From Candidatus Diapherotrites archaeon CG08_land_8_20_14_0_20_30_16 (lineage in GTDB: Archaea > Iainarchaeota > Iainarchaeia > Iainarchaeales > 0-14-0-20-30-16): a DNA stretch of 16,009 nt. The position numbers were made by a program, and so were the translations under genes. Shown here piece by piece: positions 7,946 through 14,081 of the stretch. Below the pieces are notes generated by a model. That model saw only the letters and a program-made list of their open reading frames with translations. It was not told the DNA's origin and did not search any database. The DNA is taken from positions 1 to 16,009 of the forward strand of contig PEXK01000030.1 of assembly GCA_002779075.1 (NCBI GenBank), given 5' to 3'. The first letter of the stretch is position 1, and every line of letters begins with the position of its first letter.

Positions 7946-7962
7946 AAAGGAGTTGGTCCTTT
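7946..7962 (-). terminator. Short hairpin between the upstream hypothetical gene stop and the serS promoter
   Basis: aaagga (7946-7951) / gttgg / tccttt (7957-7962). A TATA-like aaatatataaag at 7925-7936 follows in the minus direction, about 48 nt upstream of serS ATG. Weak: only a 6-bp stem and poor T-tract on the minus strand. Confidence 0.25.
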
Positions 7963-7972
7963 TTGAAGAAAG

Positions 7973-8716
7973 TTAAACAGAGAGTCTTTTGGATTTCTTT
8001 TTAATGTGTTTTTGCTTTAACAAAACCCTTTCTTTTAATGCTCTTTCCACTTTATCCCAGCTTGATTGCCTTAAGACCAACATTATTTCTTGTGCTGTTA
8101 ATGTATCTAATGCATTTGAGATTGCATGAAGTTTAGAGGATAATTCGTCTAACGTCTTGTCTTTAATTTCTTGTTTTTCTTCATTTGTTAAATTTGGTTT
8201 TGATTTCAAATAATGATCTAAATAATAATCTATATAAAATCTTGTAAATCTTAACTGAATTTCTGCAATTCCTTGATCTTTTGTTAATTTGCTATTTGAA
8301 GACAAAACATCAAAAAATATTGATATTAATTCTGTAAGCATTAGATTTTTTACGGCGAGATAATTATTTATTTCTGAAGTATAACGCATTAAATTGGTTT
8401 TATTGTGTTCTTCTTCATGGGCAATTGCTTTTAAAGCAAACCCTTTTGGTGCAAAGATTATATTGATTTGTAAATCGTGTTTTGAAGGTATAGAATATGC
8501 TGTTGTGTTCAAGTTTCCCCAATCTTCTGTAGGCACAAAAATATTTATTGCTGGTGTATTTTTATTTTCTTCAAATGTTGCAGAGTTTAATTGTTCTTCA
8601 GTAAGCTTTGTTAATTGGCTTAAAAATTTAATAGTAACTTCTCTTTCTTTTGGATTTGATAATCTATCTAATATATATTTTCTATCTGCATATGCTTGTT
8701 CATTTTTTTTAACCAA
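7973..8716 (-). CDS. Hypothetical protein with an HExxH motif (AIAHEEEHN); probably the C-terminal 5/6 of a longer frameshifted gene
   Basis: Long ORF whose only start is a TTG at 8716 with no SD. The frame is closed just upstream (stop at 8726-8728). The upstream ORF in another frame ends inside it. Confidence 0.65.
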   Translation of the reverse strand: MVKKNEQAYADRKYILDRLSNPKEREVTIKFLSQLTKLTEEQLNSATFEENKNTPAINIFVPTEDWGNLNTTAYSIPSKHDLQINIIFAPKGFALKAIAHEEEHNKTNLMRYTSEINNYLAVKNLMLTELISIFFDVLSSNSKLTKDQGIAEIQLRFTRFYIDYYLDHYLKSKPNLTNEEKQEIKDKTLDELSSKLHAISNALDTLTAQEIMLVLRQSSWDKVERALKERVLLKQKHIKKKSKRLSV

Positions 8717-8820
8717 TAATGTCCTTTAACTGGGCCAATTCGTCTTTCCTTTTTTTGTTTACCATACTGTTTTTCAACAACAATTTTTACTAATTGTTTA
8801 AGTAGCTTTAATCTAGGCAT
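8668..8820 (-). CDS. Probable true 5' segment of the 7973..8716 gene (MPRLKLLKQLVKIVVEKQYGKQKKERRIGPVKGHYWLKK...)
   Basis: ATG 8820 is preceded by atatataaaa at -30..-21 (plus coordinates 8841-8850), with no SD. This frame meets the downstream frame on an A8 run (plus T8 at 8703-8710). The 23 codons the track places upstream of this ATG cover the TATA box. Confidence 0.45.
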   Translation of the reverse strand: MPRLKLLKQLVKIVVEKQYGKQKKERRIGPVKGHYWLKKMNKHMQIENIY

Positions 8821-8840
8821 ATATAAAGAACCATGATTAG

Positions 8841-8850
8841 TTTTATATAT
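8841..8850 (-). promoter_or_regulatory. TATA-like box for a leaderless start at 8820
   Basis: Minus-strand ATATATAAAA is centred about 26 nt upstream of ATG 8820. It lies in the 8821-8944 divergent intergenic region shared with the pilin-like operon. Confidence 0.4.
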
Positions 8851-8944
8851 CTTGATGTACATATAATATAATGAACATCTTTGGTACAAATTGCCTAAGA
8901 GCTAGTTTTGTTTTATTTGAATTCTTTTTTAGGGGTGATTAGTT

Positions 8945-9151
8945 TTGGCTTTTCTTAAAGAGAGTAGAGCTCAGATTTCTGCTGAAATGATTATTGTATT
9001 AGCTGCTTTGCTTGCTGTTGCAATTGTTTTGATAACAAAATTGACAAAAACAAGTACAGATGCAGGAGAGAAGATAGATACAAAAACAACTGATTTAATT
9101 ACTAAAATAGATTGTATAGATAATAATAGTGGTCCGGGTTGCAATGCCTAA
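8945..9151 (+). CDS. Archaeal class III signal peptide (type IV pilin-like) protein, 68 aa
   Basis: MAFLKESRAQISAEMIIVLAALLAVAIVLI fits the basic-residue/Q-x-S-x-E-x-x-x-L prepilin motif plus hydrophobic helix. GGGGTGAT at 8932-8939 lies 5 nt before TTG 8945. C-terminal Cys pair CIDNNSGPGC. Confidence 0.8.
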   Translation: MAFLKESRAQISAEMIIVLAALLAVAIVLITKLTKTSTDAGEKIDTKTTDLITKIDCIDNNSGPGCNA

Positions 9152-9557
9152 AGATAGAGCACAAATATCTATGGAATTTTTAGTAGTATTATTAGCAACT
9201 ATTGCTATACTTATTGTATTTATGCCTGTTTTTTCTAAACTGCAGAAAAGTGTTTTGCTTGCAATAGATGTTTACAATGCATCAAGTAGTTTGCAGGAAT
9301 TCAAAACAAATGTTTCTATTCTGGATTCTCTAGAGAAAGGATCTTCTTTTGTTTTCGAGTTAAAATTCATAAGTGATGTTGATTTTAAATGTAATGACAA
9401 AAAAGCAGAATTCTTTTTGAAGAATTCTCTGCAGACAAAGACTCTCTCTTTAGATTTGGATTTGGATTGTAATGATTTTTCAGATACTATTTCTAAGAAA
9501 ACCAGATATTTAGTATCTAAAGCAACACAGAATGATTTAAATATCAACCCCATATAA
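9144..9557 (+). CDS. Archaeal class III signal peptide (type IV pilin-like) protein, 137 aa
   Basis: MPKDRAQISMEFLVVLLATIAILIVF carries the same QxSxE motif. ATG 9144 overlaps the upstream stop (ATGCCTAA, 8-nt overlap). The track's GTG 9129 would add 5 residues before the signal peptide. Confidence 0.8.
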   Translation: MPKDRAQISMEFLVVLLATIAILIVFMPVFSKLQKSVLLAIDVYNASSSLQEFKTNVSILDSLEKGSSFVFELKFISDVDFKCNDKKAEFFLKNSLQTKTLSLDLDLDCNDFSDTISKKTRYLVSKATQNDLNINPI

Positions 9558-9590
9558 TATTTATCATAGTAAAATAGTTAGGTGATGTGT

Positions 9591-9872
9591 ATGACTTTTA
9601 CTAATGAAGAACACACTTTAGACGAATGGAAAAGAATACTTAAAACTGCAGAAAAAGATTTGGGTGTAAATCATCCAGAAGTTTCTGCTTTAAGGAAATG
9701 GTTAATTATTCTGGCGTTAAGACAGATACCTAATTTAGGAGCAACAACAAAGGATAAAATTATTGCAAGACTCGGAGAAGATGCTAAACTTAGGTATCCT
9801 GGGGCAAAAAAAGTAGCTTTAAGGATTAAACCAGTAAAACCTAAAGTCCCATTGAGGTCACATTTAAAATAA
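9591..9872 (+). CDS. Hypothetical 93-aa protein with a Lys/Pro-rich C-terminal tail (RIKPVKPKVPLRSHLK)
   Basis: GGTGAT at 9581-9586 lies 4 nt before ATG 9591. The gene is 33 nt after the second pilin-like gene. No family recognised. Confidence 0.6.
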   Translation: MTFTNEEHTLDEWKRILKTAEKDLGVNHPEVSALRKWLIILALRQIPNLGATTKDKIIARLGEDAKLRYPGAKKVALRIKPVKPKVPLRSHLK

Positions 9873-9881
9873 AGTGATATT

Positions 9882-10037
9882 ATGAAATTTAGTTGGTTTA
9901 AACAGCATTCAAATGAAGCAAGTAAATGGGAAGAAGAAAGAACAGAAAAAGAGTATGTTAGAAAGCATGAAAGACAAGTAAGAAAATCAAGATTGGAGGA
10001 TATGAAAAGGTTTAATATAGAACGTAAACAGAAATAG
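9882..10037 (+). CDS. Small highly charged 51-aa ORF (MKFSWFKQHSNEASKWEEERTEKEYVRKHERQVRKSRLEDMKRFNIERKQK)
   Basis: Not in the ORF track (under 60 aa). aagtgatatt ATG is the same SD/spacer string as upstream of adk. It starts 9 nt after the previous stop. Confidence 0.45.
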   Translation: MKFSWFKQHSNEASKWEEERTEKEYVRKHERQVRKSRLEDMKRFNIERKQK

Positions 10038-10048
10038 GAGGAATAAAT

Positions 10049-10165
10049 ATGCCACCATTAAAAACACCAGTAAGACCAAGACCTATAAGAGGTCCTGGCA
10101 GTACTGTAAGACAAGGATCTACAAGAATATCTAAAAGTAGTGGTCGTAGAACATATCCCAAATAA
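10049..10165 (+). CDS. Small Pro/Arg-rich basic 38-aa ORF (MPPLKTPVRPRPIRGPGSTVRQGSTRISKSSGRRTYPK)
   Basis: Not in the ORF track. A strong SD, AGGAGGA (10036-10042), lies 6 nt before ATG 10049 and overlaps the previous stop codon. Confidence 0.5.
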   Translation: MPPLKTPVRPRPIRGPGSTVRQGSTRISKSSGRRTYPK

Positions 10166-10257
10166 ACAGGATATTTTCTTACAGACCAAAACCTAATGGT
10201 TTATGTTTAACCAAAGAGTTTATAAACTTTTAAAAAATATAATATACAGTGATGTAA

Positions 10258-10386
10258 TTGGGATTATTCAGAGCACCTAATAGATTACCAAAAGTAACAA
10301 TCAAAACGCCCCCTAGGTTAGAACAAAATAGTTATAATAATAGAGATTTACCTAATTTTAGATATTTTCATAAATTGAGGATTTAA
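10258..10386 (+). CDS. Possible small 42-aa basic ORF (MGLFRAPNRLPKVTIKTPPRLEQNSYNNRDLPNFRYFHKLRI)
   Basis: agtgat gtaa TTG: SD-like GTGAT lies 4 nt before TTG 10258. The 3' end overlaps the stop of the convergent permease gene by 4 nt. Weakest of the small ORFs. Confidence 0.3.
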   Translation: MGLFRAPNRLPKVTIKTPPRLEQNSYNNRDLPNFRYFHKLRI

Positions 10387-11183
10387 CCATAGCCCTCATA
10401 CTTCTTTAGACCATATTTGAAAAACTTATAAAACAAGTAGATTCCTATAATGTCAAAAGCAATTGATGCTAAAATACCCCAAAGTCCCCAGACTGGATCA
10501 ATTTTCCCTAATATTATTGCTGCTGGTAAAAATAAATGCAATAAAATACCTGGTGATAATATTGAAAACAAAATAATAAAGAATTTATTGAATATTGACA
10601 AAGGATATTCTTTTATTGAAAATATCATGCTGTGATAGATTCCTAAAAGACCTTCTGTTTCACCCCAGAAAAATGATAAAGTTTCAATAAACATAATTGG
10701 CAAAACGAGCAGTGGTAGAGAAATTACATATAAAATTAATCCTACAATAAATGGCAAGAAACTCATACTTAAACTAAAATATGTTGCAACAAAAAACAAC
10801 AGGATAATATCACAAATAGCGAAGAATATGCTATTAATACTTAATTCTTCTAATGCGATCAAAAAGAAAGTATCTTTCGGTTTCACTAATTTTGTATTTA
10901 ATTGCCCTGTTATGACAAGATAGTACATGCCACGTATTCCTGTTACCTCAAATAAAGTTAAACCAACATCATTCAAGAAAATCAAAAATAACAGGTCCCC
11001 TAAACCCCAACCTTTTAGTATTGTAATGTGACTAAATATTATACTAAAGAATAAGAATTGTATTATGAAATAAATAATTTGTATTATTATACTTGAGTAA
11101 AAATCAGCTCTGTATTCCAATGCAGTTAAAAAACTAGCTTTCAATGATTTCTTAAATACTCGCCAATATTGTTCAGATTGCAT
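10383..11183 (-). CDS. ABC-2 family transporter permease (uncharacterised COG3694/COG4587-type)
   Basis: Polytopic hydrophobic protein with about 6 TM segments. ATG 11183 (MQSEQYWRVFKKS) follows AGGTGG, which is embedded in the last codons of the upstream permease, and its stop is 1 nt away. The track's GTG 11192 lies inside the SD. Confidence 0.75.
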   Translation of the reverse strand: MQSEQYWRVFKKSLKASFLTALEYRADFYSSIIIQIIYFIIQFLFFSIIFSHITILKGWGLGDLLFLIFLNDVGLTLFEVTGIRGMYYLVITGQLNTKLVKPKDTFFLIALEELSINSIFFAICDIILLFFVATYFSLSMSFLPFIVGLILYVISLPLLVLPIMFIETLSFFWGETEGLLGIYHSMIFSIKEYPLSIFNKFFIILFSILSPGILLHLFLPAAIILGKIDPVWGLWGILASIAFDIIGIYLFYKFFKYGLKKYEGYG

Positions 11184-11184
11184 T

Positions 11185-11964
11185 TTAACCACCTAATTGT
11201 TCATAATATTTTAATCCATAATACTCAAGTATTCTTGCAATAATATACAAAATAATTATCCAAAAAACATATTGCAATATTAACCAGAATGTTGGTGTTA
11301 TTTGTCCTAAAAATATTTTGGCAGGAGTATAAAACATTAATTGAAATGGTAGATTCAACAACAAGCCACCCCAAAATTTTGGTAATATGTCTAATGGTAT
11401 CCAGGTTCCTGATGCGAATAATATTAAAATATCAATACCCCATTTTACTCCCCAATTATTTCTCATCCAAAACATAAGTAAGAAAAAACAAACGAAAAAT
11501 GTGCACCCCAATATTAATCCAAATAAAAAGAATATTGCTGCAAGAATAGAGCTTGTAATACCTACAATAAAGCAACCAATAATTGTTATTATTATCAAAT
11601 TTGGTAATTTATTAATGAAAATTGTGCTAAAAAATATTGAGAAATAGTTTGCAGTCAAACTCATTGGTTTTATTACGCTTGTTACTACTTCCCCTCTAGC
11701 AATAGTATTAAAATATTGGTTGATTTGATTCAAATTGTAAAACAAACCCATTGAAAACAAGAAATACAAGATAATTTCTTTTGTAGTATATGGCAAAGTA
11801 TTTGTGCTTTGCGCAATAATATACCAAAAGAAAAACTGTGGTATGAATCCAAAGATTACCCAAGACAGACTAATAATAAGTCTAATAGGGTAGGCTTTTG
11901 TTCTTTCCCATTGAAACTCAAGCAATTTAAAAAAATATTTACTTTGGTACATAGCCATCAGCAT
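11185..11964 (-). CDS. ABC-2 family transporter permease (second subunit)
   Basis: Polytopic hydrophobic protein that overlaps the ATPase 3' end by 26 nt. The start is ambiguous among three close ATGs (11964, 11958, 11952). Confidence 0.75.
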   Translation of the reverse strand: MLMAMYQSKYFFKLLEFQWERTKAYPIRLIISLSWVIFGFIPQFFFWYIIAQSTNTLPYTTKEIILYFLFSMGLFYNLNQINQYFNTIARGEVVTSVIKPMSLTANYFSIFFSTIFINKLPNLIIITIIGCFIVGITSSILAAIFFLFGLILGCTFFVCFFLLMFWMRNNWGVKWGIDILILFASGTWIPLDILPKFWGGLLLNLPFQLMFYTPAKIFLGQITPTFWLILQYVFWIIILYIIARILEYYGLKYYEQLGG

Positions 11965-12934
11965 AAATTCTTTTAACTATTTCTTTTAATGTTGGTTCTT
12001 CAATTTTCAAATCAATAATTTCAAAGCAATTTGTTATTTTATTTAAATATTCTTCTAACTTTTTGTTTGGTGCTTTGAATACTATCACATTATCTGTTTT
12101 TTCAATAATTTCAAGATCTCTATCACAAAAAGGATTATACTTTTCGTTGTAAACAATTGTTATTCTTTTCCAATTTGCGTAGATTTCTTTTAATTCTTTT
12201 AGATTGCCATCATATACTTTTTTTCCATAGTCTAGAATTATAATTTTGTTGCAAATCTCTTCAATATCGTCCATGTTGTGTGTTGTCAAAAATATTGTTG
12301 TTTTTTCTTTTTCATTTACTGTTTTCAAAAATTGTATCATTCTTTCTCTTGCAATAACATCTAACCCTATAGTTGGTTCGTCTAAAAAAATGATTTTGGG
12401 GTTGTGTAGTAATGATGCTATTATTTCAAATTTCATTCTTTCTCCTAATGACAATTTTCTTACAGGCGTTTTCAATAGCTTTTCAACTTGTAGTTTTTTT
12501 GCAAATTGATTGATTTTTTTCTTTGCTAGTTTTTCAGGAATATCATAAATTGCTGCTTGCAATTCTATTGAGTATATTGGTGCGATATCTTGGTTCAACA
12601 AACTTTTGTTTCCGAAAACAACACCAATATCTTTTACATAGTCTATTCTTTGTTCAAAAGGATTCTTGCCCAAACAAGTGATCTTGCCTGAGCTTGGAGG
12701 GTATATTCCAGTTAACATCTTTATGGTTGTTGATTTTCCTGAGCCATTTTCACCAATATAACCAACAATGTCCCCTTTATAGATGTCAAAAGATAGATCT
12801 TTGATTATTTGTTTTTTCTTTTTAGCTTTCACAAAAAGATTTGCAATTTTTTTAAGGGTTGATTTTGGCTTTTTAGGCACCCTAAAACTTTTACTTATAT
12901 TTTTCACAGAGATTACTTTTATTTTATCAGACAT
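11939..12934 (-). CDS. ABC transporter ATP-binding protein (COG4586-like, with C-terminal extension)
   Basis: Walker A GENGSGKST, variant signature LSLGERMK, Walker B IIFLDEPTIGLD, H-loop TTHNM. GGTGAT (rc of 12938-12943) lies 3 nt before ATG 12934. Confidence 0.9.
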   Translation of the reverse strand: MSDKIKVISVKNISKSFRVPKKPKSTLKKIANLFVKAKKKKQIIKDLSFDIYKGDIVGYIGENGSGKSTTIKMLTGIYPPSSGKITCLGKNPFEQRIDYVKDIGVVFGNKSLLNQDIAPIYSIELQAAIYDIPEKLAKKKINQFAKKLQVEKLLKTPVRKLSLGERMKFEIIASLLHNPKIIFLDEPTIGLDVIARERMIQFLKTVNEKEKTTIFLTTHNMDDIEEICNKIIILDYGKKVYDGNLKELKEIYANWKRITIVYNEKYNPFCDRDLEIIEKTDNVIVFKAPNKKLEEYLNKITNCFEIIDLKIEEPTLKEIVKRIYADGYVPK

Positions 12935-13080
12935 ACAATCACCATTATTAATAGACTTATATTAGGATTTTTAATAAAAAATAGGTTTAAATTGAAAGAG
13001 AATTTAGTTAAACATAAATACTTTACATCAAAGTTTTTTTAAACCCTTTTTGTTAAGGTATTTAAATCCATAGGTTTTTG

Positions 13081-13710
13081 TTATATTTTTATTACTTTTT
13101 CTGTTCTTTTAAAAATAATTTTTGGATCATTTGTATTTGCATCAACTTTTTTAATGATTTTCAATTTCTTAAAGTATCTTTCTAATGATTTTGTTTCTCT
13201 TTTATATACTTTTAATCTCTCTTTTATTACTTTAGGCTTGTCATCGTTTCTATGAATTAGTTTAGTGTTATCTTTATTGCAAAACCATTTCTTTTTTGGG
13301 ATCACATATTTTATGTGATAATTAGCATGACATTTTGGACAGACTCTTCTTCCACACAATCTTTCAATAATGTTTTTTTCTTTTGCTTGCAAATCTAAAA
13401 CTAGATCAATCTTTTTATGTTTCAAGAATGCTTTTGCTTGTTTTATTTCTCTTGGGTAGCCATCCAAAATAATATTTTTAGACATAGTTTTTTTAATTGC
13501 ATTTAGCATTAATTTAGTGATGATTTTTGTTGGTACGAGTAATCCTTTAGATGTATATTCTGCAATCATTTTTGCATTTTTTGTTTTCTTTGTAGTTTCT
13601 TGTCTTAGAACATCGCCAGCAGAAATGTGTACAAATTTGTGCTTTTCTTGCAGCATGTCTGCTATTGTTCCTTTTCCAACTCCTGGTGGCCCTAATATTA
13701 CAATTATCAT
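13081..13710 (-). CDS. adk: Adenylate kinase (bacterial-type long form with zinc lid)
   Basis: P-loop MIIVILGPPGVGKGT, ISAGDVLR, ILDGYPR, and lid CPKCHANYH...CNKD (Cys-Cys-Cys-Asp type) followed by RNDD. The start is set to ATG 13710, preceded by AAGTGAT ATT. The track's 12 extra N-terminal residues cover the SD. Confidence 0.9.
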   Translation of the reverse strand: MIIVILGPPGVGKGTIADMLQEKHKFVHISAGDVLRQETTKKTKNAKMIAEYTSKGLLVPTKIITKLMLNAIKKTMSKNIILDGYPREIKQAKAFLKHKKIDLVLDLQAKEKNIIERLCGRRVCPKCHANYHIKYVIPKKKWFCNKDNTKLIHRNDDKPKVIKERLKVYKRETKSLERYFKKLKIIKKVDANTNDPKIIFKRTEKVIKI

Positions 13711-13793
13711 AATATCACTTTGATAATTAGATATAACAATCCACATATATATGTTTCTGTTTTACACCCCCACATCATACAAAAATATATTGT

Positions 13794-13967
13794 CTAATGT
13801 GATGGTTTGGAAACATTTTTTACAATAAAATAGATGATTATCACAATAATAATTATTACTAACAATTGTGGGACATTAATATTGAAAGATTGGCCCATAT
13901 AATAAAATAAAAGCAGAATTATTACTATTATAATTATGTAAGTTGTTGGGTTATCTCTAAAGGCCAA
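13794..13967 (-). CDS. Possible small 57-aa two-TM membrane protein
   Basis: Not in the ORF track. AGGTGG (rc of 13972-13977) lies 4 nt before TTG 13967. Translation: MAFRDNPTTYIIIIVIILLLFYYMGQSFNINVPQLLVIIIIVIIIYFIVKNVSKPSH. In AT-rich DNA, Ile-rich hydrophobic ORFs can arise by chance. Confidence 0.35.
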   Translation of the reverse strand: MAFRDNPTTYIIIIVIILLLFYYMGQSFNINVPQLLVIIIIVIIIYFIVKNVSKPSH

Positions 13968-14081
13968 TAAACCACCTAATTTTTTAATTTATAAATATTA
14001 TGAGAGCTAAGGTTTTAAATATATAAGGAATAATATATAATAAGCAATGCAAGCTGTTTTTTATTTAGGGGTATGAGAGTT

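Noticed and set aside
1458-7962. Similar hairpin form A[AG]GGA-N5-TCC[CT]TT at 1458-1474 and 7946-7962 as a possible repeat family
   Set aside because: There are only two copies, with 6-bp stems and different loops. That is too little to distinguish from chance, so each is reported only as a weak terminator candidate.
8394-8729. Plus-strand ORF antisense to the HExxH hypothetical
   Set aside because: It is shorter than and fully nested in the minus-strand ORF, with no start signal.
8821-8889. First 23 codons of track ORF 8668..8889 (MYQRCSLYYMYIKIYKTNHGSLY)
   Set aside because: This stretch translates the TATA-rich promoter region. The internal ATG 8820 sits at leaderless distance from the TATA box and begins a plausible basic N-terminus.
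9272-9553. Minus-strand ORF antisense to the second pilin-like gene
   Set aside because: It is nested antisense in a gene with a clear class III signal peptide and translational coupling to its neighbour.
10450-12965. Plus-strand ORFs 10450..10635, 11289..11477, 11387..11647, 12246..12509 and 12783..12965 within the ABC transporter operon
   Set aside because: All are antisense to the permease and ATPase genes, short, and without initiation signals.
13517-13723. Plus-strand ORF antisense to adk
   Set aside because: It is nested antisense to a gene with a P-loop and zinc-lid motifs.
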